From assembly GCA_026770705.1 (NCBI GenBank), contig JANJGN010000026.1, positions 35,340,001-35,404,000 of the forward strand: 64,000 bases of DNA. Reading direction: 5' to 3'. This document shows, piece after piece, positions 36,430 to 49,599 of the stretch. The first letter of the stretch is position 1. Each line of letters opens with the position of its first letter. The stretch comes from Isurus oxyrinchus. Taxonomy: Eukaryota. Under the pieces are notes generated by a model, which saw only the letters and a program-made list of their open reading frames with translations, did not search any database and was not told the origin of the DNA. The position numbers and the translations under genes are program-made.

Positions 36430-39400
36430 TTGATTGCTTTCAAGGCAGAGGTAGATCAGTTTTTGATAAACAAGGGAGTGGAAGGTAACCGGGGTTAGGT
36501 GGGAGGTTACAGTCAGATCAGCCTTCACCTTATTTAATAGCGGAGTAGGCTCTAAGGGCAAACTACTCCTGCTCCTATTTCCTATGTTTGCAGATGCTTG
36601 CCATCCTGAAATTTGATTGATTTTCTACTTTGATGATTAAGGTGCTCGCAAGCCTTATATTCTTCCACAATGAACAATCACAACCTCATCAGTTGCGGAT
36701 TTAAGAATTCATGAACCAGAATTTCATCTACTTATGCAAATGAACACGTACTTTCTTAATGACGTAGGCAAGTCAGAAAACGGAGGTAAATAATCTCGGG
36801 CTGAATATTAAATAGTAAAAGTAGCAGAAGCAAAAAAATGGAAATAGAGAAGTAATAATAAAATCAGAGCCATAAAAAACCATAATAACGTGGCAGAATA
36901 ATCATGCAGCAATATTCGAGAATAAATTGAGAGTCGTTGTTTTACAGGCAAGATTCCACGAGTTGGCACTCCAAGATCTTATCTTTGGAGAAAACTTAGC
37001 AAGCCGTCAGTTCACTACTCTGACAGGTGACAGCTGGGGATTACAGGAAATATTTAGGTGCCGTGACACGTTACTGTAAACAATAGTGCATATAGGGCAA
37101 GAATCAATAGATTAAGTCCCGACTTAGAGTTGGAGCCGTATAAATCATTATATTTCATGGTCAATTTCACTGCACAGTCCGAAATAAAATGTTACCAAAA
37201 TGAGAGACAGAGAGAGACAGAGAGAGAGAGAGAGAGAAAGAGATAGACCGAAAGAGAGAGAGATCAGTCCATTTTTCCGTGACCGAATATTTTGGTCACT
37301 ATTGGCCACAGCTTCAAAGTATCTGGAAAATACTTGGACACTCAAATCCCTTCAGTCCACTACAAAGGTCAGAGAGTTAAACATTCCCACTGCCCTCTGT
37401 GTAAACAATATTACTAACATCACAACAGCGACTAGACTGGAAAGGTACTTCCTTAGGTTGGAAAGTGGTTACTGACACCCTGAGTCTGTGAAAGGCGATT
37501 TCTCTTTTCGAGTGATGTTTGATTCCAGGTGTAAAAATTTAATGCCCTCAATGTTTCCATGGTGTCCAGTAAAGTTTAATTTTCCGAATTCCCTTCTCTT
37601 TAATTCAATCCTTTTCCCTGGATTGTGTTGATGAAGGGTCAAGACGTCCTGGGATTATCAGGATTCTGTCTCCGGTATTTTCACAGATTCTGTCCACTCG
37701 ACGGGACACTGTTAATGTGTCGGAAACGACAATCCGGGAATTTACTAAGGAGCCCCTGACGGAAACTGGCTTCCTGTTCAGAGAGCCCCAGTGATCGAGG
37801 CGCCTAGAGGCCACTGCGACCCGTATGTCAATCAACAACCTGATCACCACTATGAAAGTCTTATACTCATGTACCTGATCGTGTATATATAAATTATGCA
37901 TTCACTTTCAGGAAGCTGCACATGCATAACAACACAAAGGCCATTCTGCAAACACTACATCTCAGCCGCAGATTCAGATATTCGCCCTATCGCCTCTGAA
38001 CAAGACGTTTCAGGCTTCTGTCCATTTCTCGAGGCAGAGTCTATACTGATACTTCAGTTCAGTCCTCAGGGAATGGTACACCGTTAGAGGGGCCGGCTTT
38101 CGGATGAAATGTTAAATCGAGGACACCGTCTATCCTTTCAGGTGGACATAATTGATCACATGAGCGCTATTTTGGAGGAAGAAAGGGAAATTGGCCCGGA
38201 CAATATTTCTCCAACAATCACCGTAACCGAAATGGTTGTAGTTGTTGAATGTCAGCCATCTCAGCTCCAGGACAAGCAGTGGTAGATCGATTTTTGATAA
38301 GCAAGAGAGTGGAAGGTAACAGGGGATAGCTGGGACGTTACAGTCAAATCAGCCATGAACTTATTGAATGGCGGAGCAGGCCTGAAGGGCCGACAGGCCT
38401 ACTCCTTCTCCTATTTCCCATGTTCGTATATATTTAGCATCCTGAATTTTGGATGATACGGGTACTCTCAAGCCTTACTTTCTTCCGAACTGAACAATCA
38501 TAACCTCATCAGTTGCGGATTTAAGAATTCATGAACAAGAAATTTATCTATGCAAGTGAACACGGACTGTCTTAATGACGTAGGCACGTCGGAAAATTGA
38601 GGTAATTAATCGAGGACTGAAAATTAAATAGTAAAAGTAGCAGAAGCAAAAGAATGGAAAGGCAGAAGCTACAGTGATAATACAACTAAAGCCATAAAAA
38701 ATAATGTGGCAGAATAATCATGCAGCAATTTTCGAGAATAAATTAAGAGCCGTTCTTTTACAGACAGATTTCCACTAGATGGCGCTCCGTAACCTTATCT
38801 TCGGAGAAAACTTACCAAGCGCTCAGTTCACCGCTCTGACAGGTGACAGCTGGGGATTATAGGAAACGTTTTGGCGTCGTGACACGTTACTGTAAACAAT
38901 AGTGTAAATAGGGCAAGAATCAATAAATTAGTTACACAAGATACTGAGAGATGGAGCCCTATATATCATTGTATTTCATGGTCCAAATTCACTGCGTAGT
39001 CCGAAGTAAAAGGCTACTACAATGCGAGAGAGACAGAGAGAGAGAGAGAGACAGAGACATAGAGAGAGACAGAGAGAGAGACAGAGAGACAGAGAGAGAT
39101 CAGTCCATCTTTTCCTGACCGAATATTTTGGTTACTATTGGCCACAGCTTCAAAGTATCCGGAAAACACCTGGACACTCAAATCCCTTCACTCCACTACA
39201 AGGGCCAGAGTGACTTTCTGGCAGAGAATTAAACATTCCCACTGCCGTCTGTGTGAACAAAATTTCTCACATCACAGCAGCGACTACACTGAAAAGGTAC
39301 CTCATTGGGTTGGAAAGTGCTTACCGACACCATGAGTCCATGAAAGGCGATTTCTCTTTCTGAGTGATCTTTGATTCCAGGGGTAAAATTTAATGGCCAC

Positions 39401-40100
39401 CTGCTAACAGGGGGACCAGTAAAGTTTATTTATTTACATTTCCTTCTCTTTATTTCGATCTTTTTTCCTAACTTGTGTTATTGAGGGATCACCACGTCAT
39501 GGGATTACCAGGATACTGTTTCCTTTCTGTTCACAGACTCTCCGCTCAACGGGACATCCTACTCTGTCGGAAGCAACAGTCTGGCAATTTACTGAGGAGC
39601 CCCTGATGGAAACTGGCTTCCTGTTCTCGGAAGGCCAGTGATTGAGGCACCGAGAGGCGACTGCACCCCGTATGGAAGATTTGTACTCATTTACCTGACC
39701 GTGTATATATAAACTATATATTCATTTGCAGGAAGGTGCAATTGCATAACAATACAAAGGCAATTCTGCAAACACTAATGTCAGCCGGGGCTCAGTTATT
39801 CACCCTATCGCCTCGAAACAAGGCGTTTCAGGATCCTGTCCCTCTCCGGAAACTTGACCCCCAGGATCTATGCCGATATTTCAGTCCTCTGAGAAATAGG
39901 CATCGCCAGAGAGACTGGCTTTCAGATGAGATGTTAAATCGAGGGCACCGCCTAACCTCCCAGGTGGACATGATAGATCACATGAGCATTATTTTGAAGA
40001 AGAGAATGGGAATTGTCCTGAACAATATTTCTCCTCCAATGATCGTCACTGGATCTATTGTGGTTGTTGAAGGTCAATCACCTCAGCTCCAGGATATCAC
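36430..40100 (+). repeat. Tandem duplication of a ~1.83-kb unit (about 36430-38270 and 38270-40100)
   Basis: Two colinear copies, each starting in a CR1 3' tail and containing a (GA)n tract (37201-37262; 39026-39100) plus near-identical motif blocks. Confidence 0.85.
38771..38786 (+). promoter_or_regulatory. Predicted CTCF site
   Basis: tccactagatggcgct matches the CTCF core CCASYAGRKGGCRS. A degenerate paralog lies at about 36955. Confidence 0.55.
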
Positions 40101-40650
40101 TGCAGGAGTTCCTCAGAATAATGTCCTCGGCCCAACCACCTTCAGCTGCTTCATATCCACCTTCCTTCCATCATAAGATCAGAAGTGGGGATATTTTGTG
40201 GATAATTGCACAATGTTCAACACATTTCGCGACTCCTCAGATACTAAAGCAGTTCATGCCCATATGCAGCAAGATCTGGACAACATCAGACTTGAGCTGA
40301 CAAGGGGCAGATAGCATTCAAGCCGCACAAGTGCCAGGCAATGAACATCTCCAACAAAACAGAATCTAACCATCGTCCCTTGACATTCAATGGCATTACC
40401 ATCACTGAATCCCAAACTGTCACCACACTCGGGGTTATCATTGACAAGAAACTGAACTGGCCTAGGCATATAAATACTGTGGCTACAAGATCAGTTTGGA
40501 GGTTAGGAATCCTGTGGCGAGCAACTCACCTCCTCACTTCCCAAAGCCTGTCCACCGTCTACAAGGCACAAGTCAGGGGTTTGATGGAATATTCTCCACT
40601 TTCCCGGATGAGTGCAGTTCTCACGGCACTCAAGAAGCTTGACACACACC
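40060..40650 (+). mobile_element. LINE reverse transcriptase fragment (CR1/L2 group)
   Basis: ITAGVPQ..VLGP..FSCFI; LGVIIDKKLNW..HI; YKAQVR..MEY. Confidence 0.85.
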
Positions 40651-40839
40651 GACGTCCACGAGACCGCCCCCACACCTCGCCTGCACCAAAGTGGGTCCGC
40701 CCCGCACTTTATCCTGAATGTTTAAAACATGAACAATATTCCAGTGAGAATGCATGAAATTCCATCCTTCCAGCGCCGCCTCCACCATTACCGTCGTACA
40801 TCGGCTCAGTACCTGTTTGGCCTCAATGGTTAAAAACCT

Positions 40840-41500
40840 GAGATATTTCCCTGTGAAGATCAACGAAAGAGGCCCCCATGCCGTCTTCTCTCACTAGTTA
40901 AAGATTTCAATCATTGAGCTGTGACAGGCGAATAGCACCTGGTCTATGGAGTAGCTCTGTGTCTGTCTGCATGCTTTGAGACACGTACAGAATGTGGAAC
41001 ATGAAACTGAGACTAGGAACGATGGGTGATGCAGAGGGAGTTTGAATAAAATGAGACCCAGTACGGTGCATGTGCAGAGAAACAACAACAGAGGGACATA
41101 GGTGAAGGTGAGATTGAACACATTGAGTGGTAAGGAGACACATCAACAGAGAGAGATGCAAAATGCTGAGGTGAGGACAGTTAGTGATATAAAGAGTGAA
41201 CAGCAGAATGATATCGATGTGGAGATGTGTTGATAAATATAAATGCACAGAAAGTAATTGGTTGATAATTACTGTTCTCCCACATGACCCTTGGTGCCAT
41301 GAACTGCGGTAAAGCGATCATCACAGCTCTGTGTAATAATAATAGATGAAAGAGACAAACACTGACTGAAGTTCTAGGGCACACGCACAATCTGTAGTGA
41401 CACCAGGAAACATGAGAATTCGTGAAACCTGCTGGTTTTAATAAGGAAAATAGGAATGACGCTGGAGGAAACAATGGGAAACAAAGGCAAAAAATAACAA
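40840..41500 (+). repeat. Dispersed repeat or duplication, paralogous to 1-660
   Basis: Colinear similarity (gaagatca..gaa.gagg.cccc; gggacata..tgaaggtgagattga; ggaaacaatgggaaacaaaggc). Confidence 0.8.
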
Positions 41501-43084
41501 ACAGCAATGTAGGTGGAGGTTTATTATTCCATATATTATACTGTTTCAGGCCGTGGCAGAGCAGAGCTCAGCTCTTTAATAGAACCTGACTTGTGAGTGT
41601 AACAGCCCATAGCATGAGCGAAACTAGCCAGGGTTTCCTGTCCGCTCTGCGCTCATTCTGCCTCTGAGGTTTGCCAGAAAAGGACAAAGGTAAAGGGCTC
41701 TTTATTCTGATGTGACAATGGATGACGCAATGGCTCCTTCACTGAGGGGCCTTGAGTTCAAACACAAACGACCCAGGACTGCCAAAGAAACCCTGTCAGG
41801 GAAAGGGGAAAAATCATGTTATTGGGAAAATGCAGCGGTGTGGAGGAGCCTTGGAGAAAATCATTCATCAAAGTCCAAATTAATTCATCATCATTCAACA
41901 TTTGTTCGCAATTTCACAAAGAATATTTTAGAGTATTTTTCTAATAATTGACAGAAAGTGTTTATAACAACTGGACATCACCTTGAGAAAAAAAGTACAC
42001 GGGAACAGAGAAAAGTGGGGTTTAGTGTAGAGAGAAGAGAACAATTGAGTGCAAAACAAGGAACACTTTAATGCTAGACATCTGGAATATTCAAACAACT
42101 GTGAAAATCTAAGATATATTTCTATTACAGCCAGAATCACCTCACACACTTCAAATCGCATTTATCTGTTTCCTTTGTTAACTGAAGACATTTTACTTTG
42201 AGAATTGTCAAGAGGACATATTTTATATTCATACCATAGTGATCTTAATAAACGGATGTGGAAAATCCATGGCGTTGGCCATTCAACGGGTCATATGATA
42301 AAGGGCTGAACCAAAGTTTTATGACGTGAGGAATTTATCTAGGCCTTACTGTCCACGAGACGTTTGTAGATTTTTCCAACCGCTTCAGCCAGATTTAAAT
42401 GTGAATGGATTGAATCTTCTCACTTTCACCAGAGTGACGGCAGTGCTGTGGAAAATAGTGAAGAGGAACGGGATGATAAATTTAGAAGCGGTTATTCAGG
42501 TGTTGTTGCTCTCTTCTTCGTTGTCTTCAATCCAGATGTAGTCTGAGAAATCTACGAGAGTGTAGAGGAGAAAAGCTAATCAGATGGGTTAATAACCCGG
42601 GCACAATATTAGTGTAGATTCTCTTTTCTCCTCCTGAAGGTACATGTTTCTTCTCTTTTCAATGTGCATCTTGTAGTATGTTAATCACTCTGAACAATTT
42701 CTCTGTTTCTATCTCCACTGCTGCTCTTCCTGAATGATCCTCTAAGTCACACTGAAATATTGAATTCTGATACTAATCACTGGCAAGGCGCGTGAGTGAA
42801 AGGTTTGGGAGATTGTGAAATAGATACTAAACTGTGGAGGAAAGATGCGCTCCGAGATGGGTGCTGCCAGTTTCGGATCTGGGTTTAATATACGACTAGA
42901 AGGATGAAAATATTTAGAATAATCTGTTATTTCCTGTCGAATTCTAAACCAGACACTATGAATTCCCCCATGTTCCTTCCTGATGAAACTGGCCTTACTG
43001 CCTGGTGAATCTATGTTTAATTAGTGTGTTATCCAGGTGTTGTATTGACCTCTGAGTTTGAAGCATTCTGGATTTGTGCTACAG

Positions 43085-43416
43085 CAACAATTAGCGATGA
43101 TCCAGTGTTCCAGGATCCTTCTGAGTTAACGCTTCGGGAAAGGCAGACTTTAGGTACTCGACAAGCTAACTTGCCCCCACTCTGTTCCGGTATATTCAGT
43201 GTCCCGGGGAAGTTCTAAGATATTACTGAAGATATATAACTTGGGGAATGAAGCGAGGTCTCCAAACTTACCAAACAGGTTATTTGCTGATTTTCACAAT
43301 GGAAACAAAACGTTTCCTCTAACTATCGCAAGAGTGATTCTCGCCAAGAGCGCGGTGTATTTCTATGCTATGAACCGACATTGTTGCAGAGATATAGCGG
43401 ATCCCGTGCTGAAACC
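43085..43416 (+). pseudogene. TCR V pseudogene with family-B-type RSS
   Basis: DDPVFQDPSELTLRE... frameshifted; FR3 RLFADFHNGNKTFPLTIARVILAKSAVYFYAMN. RSS gacattg/24/gctgaaacc at 43377-43416. Confidence 0.8.
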
Positions 43417-43439
43417 CTCACTGGGAGTTCAACTGTGTT

Positions 43440-43454
43440 GCCACCAGAGGGCGA
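43440..43454 (+). promoter_or_regulatory. Predicted RSS-proximal CTCF site
   Basis: gccaccagagggcga, 23 bp past the nonamer. Homologous sites at 20503, 21811, 46279 and 47593. Confidence 0.6.
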
Positions 43455-44398
43455 TCTCGCACCGATAAAGAGAAACAATAATTCAATCACCGCAAAGAGA
43501 GTCAAAGGGACATTCCTGAGAGATCATAACAAAACACAACACTCAACATGAAGAGGTCAGGAACACTTGCAGAATTATATTAGATTATTTAAATTCGCAT
43601 TTGTATTATAACCGACCCTCATAGGTTTATGTACTTTAATTTACACAATGTATTTTACTGCAGTTTCAGTGCCTGTCTGTAATATTGAACAACCATTTTT
43701 TAATCTCCCTTGTCAGTTTCCTGGAGCCTTATAGCTAGAGCTGTTCACAGGGTTTATTTGATCAGAGTGTGTTGCTGGGTCAGAAAATGTTTATGCACAA
43801 TGAACAGATTTCACAAGGGTGCGTTCTTTAAAACAAACCCCAAGTACAGATTGAGCTTCAGAATGTTTCCTTAATGCTGGAATGTTTTCTGTCACCATTA
43901 ACAATCCCGAGTTTGCTTGTGACAATGAACAGACCGGGATCTCATTCCCCCAACCTCCGTCTCTACAAGTGCAGCCATTCCCCTATCAGGGAACTGACTG
44001 CAGTCCAGCTCGGGATATTTCCCTTCAATGCCAGACAGCTCACCACCGACGGATCTCGCAGGCCAACGGAGACACAAGGAAGTGAAGTGAGAGCATCTTG
44101 AGACACGACAGCAAATTATTGCGGGTGGGGTTTAGAATGGATGTCTTCAAATCAGATTCTGTGATGGCTCTCTCGGTCGGATAGAGTTCTGCAGTTTATC
44201 CTGTCGGTCGCTCCTGGAAACGGTTAGTAACAGTTTGATCCGAGGTTAATGTAGTTTCCTCTCGGTTTGTGTTTGAGAGGCCGACAAGCTGACACTGCAT
44301 CTGCCCGAGATTCTCTGCAAACCCCAACAGACAGGAGCCCTTATTCACAGTGCCAAGGCAGGTTTTGCACAGGGGTGAGACAGCTTTCCATCACTGTG

Positions 44399-44862
44399 AG
44401 TCTGAGAGCGCAGTAATACACGGCAGCGTCAGTCAGCTACAGACCAGAGATGGTTAAACTGGTGAAGTTATTCGAGGTCTGGAGCTCTGCAGAGAAACGG
44501 CTCTTAGAAAAATCTGCTTTATCTTCACCACCGCTCGAGTGTTTTCACAATATAAACTCAGGCTGTGGGTTTGGATGGTGCCGGCACCAGAAAAAATAAT
44601 AGTTGCTCATTGTCTCATAGGTACAGTTTAAAGTCACCGCTTCTCCTTCTGCCTTTCCCTCTGAGGACAGCGGCTGAATGACATAATCTCCACGACTCAG
44701 ATCTGTACAACATGCTCAAACAGAAAATGGTCGGACCGAGAACTGTTTAAAATTCACGTTTACGGCATTTTTTGACAAATAGGGGAAAATAGTAAATATG
44801 TCTGGCTCATATTTACCTGTCAGAAATGCTTCCCACACAACCCAGATGCTGAGTAGCCGCAT
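44399..44862 (-). pseudogene. TCR V pseudogene (family A); leader 44817-44862, V exon 44399-44702
   Basis: MRLLSIWVVWEAFLT|DLSRGDYVIQPLSS...LNCTY...FWCRH...EFIL* (TGA at 44545-44547)...DAAVYYCALR. RSS cacagtg/23/gcaaaacct. Confidence 0.88.
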
Positions 44863-46352
44863 TGTCGCTGTATGTTCTGTAAAAAGGGGAGTTGAATATT
44901 TGAAGATACCCGTTCTAAACCCCACCCTGAACAATCTGCTGTCGCATCTCGTGATGTTCTCACCTCACTCTCTTCTGTCCCCAGTGGTGATGTGAGGACG
45001 TCAGCTGATGAGCTGGCTCCCAATGAGTTGAAAAATCCAGAGCTGGGCTACAGTCAGTGTTCTTATAGGTGAAATGGTTTTGCAGTTAGACTAAAACCCT
45101 TACTTAGTTGTTGTAACCGGAAGCATGGGTTTACTGATTTAGTTTGTTTATTCTGGCGTCAATTCTTCAGCTGAAGTTCCAGTAGCCTTAACAACAGGAT
45201 ACAGGTAACCGTGACTCCAGTGAGATTTCCCTCCTCAATCAGTGAAGTAGTGAACTAACAATAATTTCGCCATTTTGCCAGTGTTTTTTGGATCCGTCAC
45301 ATTGAAAGGATGATATTGCTGACACTGAACATACCCTGAGTAAAAATTAATAATAAACTCGCGTGTAATTTAATCAGCGTTGCCAGCACTGACTTTTTCT
45401 GTGATTTGCATTTAAATTTCTGTTTCAATTTGTTCTGTGAATTCTGACATTCTTCGTGTTTGTGATGATTAATCTAACCATCCATTATATACAGGTTTGG
45501 AATTTGTGATGAGAGAGAATTTGGGGTCCGGCGTTTTTTAAGCAACTTGTCTCCTATCGCTTTAAAGTGGGCGGGAACGGAGAGCCAGAGGGGGTTCAAA
45601 GCTTCCAGGATGAGCTGCAGAGCGGGTTTTTATTAACAAGAATTGAGTACCAGCAGGACTGTTTTAATAACCTTAGCTGGGGTTAGAAAATGGCTGTGGA
45701 GCAGAAAAAGAAATAAACCAGAGACATTTTTAGTTTGTCTTTCGCTCCTTTAATATCCATTTTCACCATCGGTGCAGTTAGAATTACTGCGACCTCACGC
45801 CCTCTAGTGAGTATTCTGAGAAATGTTCGGACGCCGCTGGTCAGATTGTGAGAGATTCTTTACTTAATCACTGATTTGATGTGACAGTTCATATTTGTAG
45901 GATGTTCAGTTTCAGCGGTCCTGACTTAATATTCTGAGCAAAAAAACAAACGTTTTATATTACTGAACTAAAGACTGTAAGAAGAAATAAAAAGGGCGAT
46001 GATTAAATAATAAAGCCAGGCGATGAGAGGAAACAGACTGGGAAAATATAGGGAAAGGCAGGTCAGTTAAGATTCCACAGGTGTATCTGTAAATTTAATT
46101 TTTATATAAATGTGAGTTGTTGGTATGATTTTACAAGTGGACGTCCACTGTTCTTGTTGAATGTTGTGTTTCATTGCAATTTTAAACGCCTATGTAAATC
46201 TCATTGTGGTGGCTGAATTATTGCTTCCGTTTTTATTAAATTTATTGAATTATTTCTTTCCGTTTTATTGTTGCCTCAGTGCCCTCTAGGGACGCAAGTT
46301 GGAGCCGGCTTGGGTTTTTGTCCGTGATCCTGCTTATCTCTGCAGCATTGTG

Positions 46353-46834
46353 GGGCTCCAAGGCACAGAAATACACGGCAGAGAGCAGGGTTTTGCTAAT
46401 CATTACCTCAGCAGTTCAGATAGTCTTGCTAAAGCGTTGAAAGAACTGTTCTGTAAAGTCTAGGTTCCGCTTTATTATCCCTCTGCAGAGATAAAACACA
46501 AACTGTGGAGTCTGCCTGGGCTGCTGACTGTACCGGAACACATAAGGGCTGGGGTGGCTTGTTTTCAAAATGCAGGGCATGGTGACATTCCCTTCCTCTT
46601 TGACAGTCATTTCAGTTACATACTGCTCCACTGAATCCTGACTGCTCTGTTCCGACACAGATAATGACAATATTTATCGTTACTTCATCATTACAAGCAA
46701 TTTGCTATAAAGAATATTTGGCATACGGCAGCCGGGGGGGAGGGGGGGGGGGGGGAGGAGGAAAGAATGTTTTTTTTTTACATATACTTACTGAAATGCG
46801 ATATAATAATGAGTGGCCTGACATATTTCCACGT
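46353..46834 (-). pseudogene. TCR V pseudogene (family B)
   Basis: Start ATG>ACG, acceptor AG>GG, Trp>Arg and FR3 frameshift. RSS cacaatg/24/acaaaaacc at 46313-46352. Confidence 0.85.
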
Positions 46835-47670
46835 TGTCCCCCGAGTCTGTTATTCTGTTGTCCTGGAATCCTCTGTCAGCTAAGAAACAGAGATTGCCTC
46901 CCCACTGCGCTGCTGATCCAACCAATGTCAAACAAGGCAAAGCAGCGACAATCTCTCCAATAAAACAGGAGAGACAAGGCAGGTCAGAGCGACAACAGCA
47001 AATGGAAGCTGTGGGCGTGGCTACCGCAGGCAGTGTTGTCACACGTAGGATTTATCTACAAGGAACTGAACTGAATAATAATCACACCTTCGAAAATTAT
47101 ACAACTTTGCCTCTCTCTCACAACTCAGTTTATACTTCATTCCATATTCCGAGCCACATAGATAGCAACAGAAGTGTCAGAGTTAGTATATCATTCAGTA
47201 GTAAGCGAAATCTTCTTCAGCACTGCGGATTGAAATCAGGACCGAATACCGGATTGGAGTGGTCCTGAATGAATGTAAAAGGAAGTCGATAAAACTTAAA
47301 TGTTTATATTAAACACGGGAAAAGGAAACGTGCACAATTTTCAGAAAAGTCTGAAGATGAGTGGTCAGGAAAACTCAGGAAGGGAAAGGTGTCGAAAACC
47401 AAAAAGGAGAAATTAGGCATGGCAGGCCGATTTGTCAATCTCATATCTATTAGAAATACAAATTGCAATCACAATCTAATGAGACAGTACAAGTGGACCT
47501 CGCCAGTTGCTGTTATCAAGTGTTGTGTTTTGTTGCAATTTTCAGAATCTTTATGTCACTCTCACAGTGGAAACTGAATTACCGGTGTGTGTGCGCCCTT
47601 TGGTGAGCACTGGCTGGACCTGCCAGTGAGGGTTTTTGTACAGAACCCGCTATATCACTGCAGCAGTGTG

Positions 47671-48208
47671 GGGTCCATGGTACGGAATTGCACGGCGGTA
47701 TCGGGGATCAGTACGTTTGATAAAAATAACAAGATTACCGAGCTAATGAGTAATGGATCGTTAGCTCGGTAATCTTGTTATTTTTATCAAACATGGAAGA
47801 AAACCAATCATTGAGGTCGGTGTTTGTTTGCACATTCCGGCTAATAAGACGAAACATGTACATTGACGGATTCCCGGGTCGCTGACGGTTCCAGTACACA
47901 TTAGGGCTTAAATCACTTGTTTTGAAGGTGCAGGTCACTGTGACATTACTTTCTGCTTTTGCCGTTATTTTAGGAACCCGTTGTTCCACAGTGTGTTGGT
48001 AGCTCAATTCAAACAGAAATAATAGTAACAAACAATCAGCGCCAGCCTCCTATTGATCAACATAATCACCAACACGTCCATCACTATTATTTTAACAACA
48101 ATAACATCTAGATTACAGCAGTCAGGAGGAGAATGGAGTTTTACTGGGAAGGGAATACTTACTGAGAAGAGATATAAAGATGAGGAGAGGAGCGAGAAGG
48201 TTCCCCAC
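47671..48208 (-). pseudogene. TCR V pseudogene (family B) with an internal inverted duplication
   Basis: LSYQHTVEQRVPKITAKAESNVTVTCTFKTSD...VYWNRQRPGNP. Start codon and acceptor mutated; 32-bp inverted repeat in FR3. RSS cacactg/24/acaaaaacc at 47631-47670. Confidence 0.85.
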
Positions 48209-48519
48209 AATACTTCCTGAGTCTGTAACGCTGCAGTGCAAGAAATCCTCTGTCGAAGCAGAAATACAGACCCTGTCCCACTGCATTGCTGATCCAACCA
48301 GTGAGAGGAATGGACCAGCGGCAGCAATCCCTCCAGTAACACAATCAGGTCAGTGCGGCAGCAGCAAATGGAAGCTGTGGGCAGGGATAAGCAGACTCAA
48401 TTTTGAGGGAAATGCGCGGTGACTCTCAGCTGCACCTGGAACTGGTGGAGCGGAAATAGCGACGGTTGGATCTTCAGAAGTCTCTGACTACCTTCCGCCT
48501 GCTCACGGCCCAAATGTCT

Positions 48520-48965
48520 GAGGTTATGACGAGAAGGAAAAGAGGCTTTTAGTAGGTACCGGTGAAGCAAATCAGCAGAGGCATTACTGGAGGACAGACA
48601 GTGCAGGGTGGAGCTGAAGAAAGCAACTAGGAGAGCAAAGAGGGGATATGAGAAAGCACTGGCTGGTAAAAGTAGGGAAAATCCTAAGATATTCTACAAG
48701 TGTATCAATGGGAAGAGGAAAACCAGGAAAAGAGTAGGGCCCATAAGGGACGAAGGTGGTAATCTATGGGTGGAGCCAAAGGACATCGCTAGAGTGTTGA
48801 ATGAATACTTCACATGTGTCTTCACCCATGAGAATGAGGATGAAGGTATGGAACTCAGGGAGAGAGACTGCGAGGTTCTTAAGCAAATTGATATAGGGAG
48901 TGACAAGGTATTGGAGGTGTTGGCGGGCTTAAAAGGGGACAAATCTCTAGGTCCGGATGATTTGT
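48520..48965 (+). mobile_element. CR1-clade LINE ORF2 internal fragment
   Basis: RRAKRGYEKALA...ENPKIFYK..NGKRK...LNEYF..VFT...KS.GPD. Confidence 0.85.
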
Positions 48966-49599
48966 GAACAGAGGTAGAGAAATCTCTCGAATGAACAGTA
49001 ACTAAAGCTTAATATGAAGGACTGTTCTTCCAGACTGTTAACTCAGACAGACCAGAGGACATTCTTTGTCACTCCTGTAACAAAATGCAGAATTTGTCAA
49101 ATCTGGGACTGGATGTAACATATGAAGTGTACAACTACTTAAACATAGACTCACCGTATAACAAGACCATTGCTACCAGAAGGGAACGTGGAGAGTATCT
49201 GATTTCGATTTCGACAGAAAATAACTGAACTTAGAAAGTTAGTTGATATTCTTGCCCTGATATTAAAGAGTAATCACGGATCAGGGGCAGGAGTCACTTA
49301 TTGAGATGCCGTGGGGGAATGTTAATGAAAACCCAGCTCTCTGAAAACGGCACAGGCGACAAAATGTCATAAGTGCTCGGCTTTGCCAGCCGCTGGCAAT
49401 TTAAAACATTGAAATGTGAACCGATCACCGATCCAGATGGTTTTCCAGACAAACGAACTGGCTGGAATTTCAGAACCAATTTTCTGAAATATGATGCATC
49501 CAATTGGGATATTCACCATTTTATTTCCACAGGGCTGTTCTGACTTAAGGAAACTCGGTTGGAAAATAACGCTTGTTTGGCATGTTTAGCTTGCATTCA

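Larger units (their letters stand above)
43495..48520 (+). repeat. Segmental duplication copy B of 16940-22680
   Basis: Same three V genes in the same order and orientation; all three are defective in this copy. Confidence 0.85.

Noticed and set aside
37680-37740. Acceptor followed by DSV...TVNVSE, resembling a V FR1 start (copy at about 39535)
   Set aside because: No Cys, Trp, YYC or RSS follows; too short to support.
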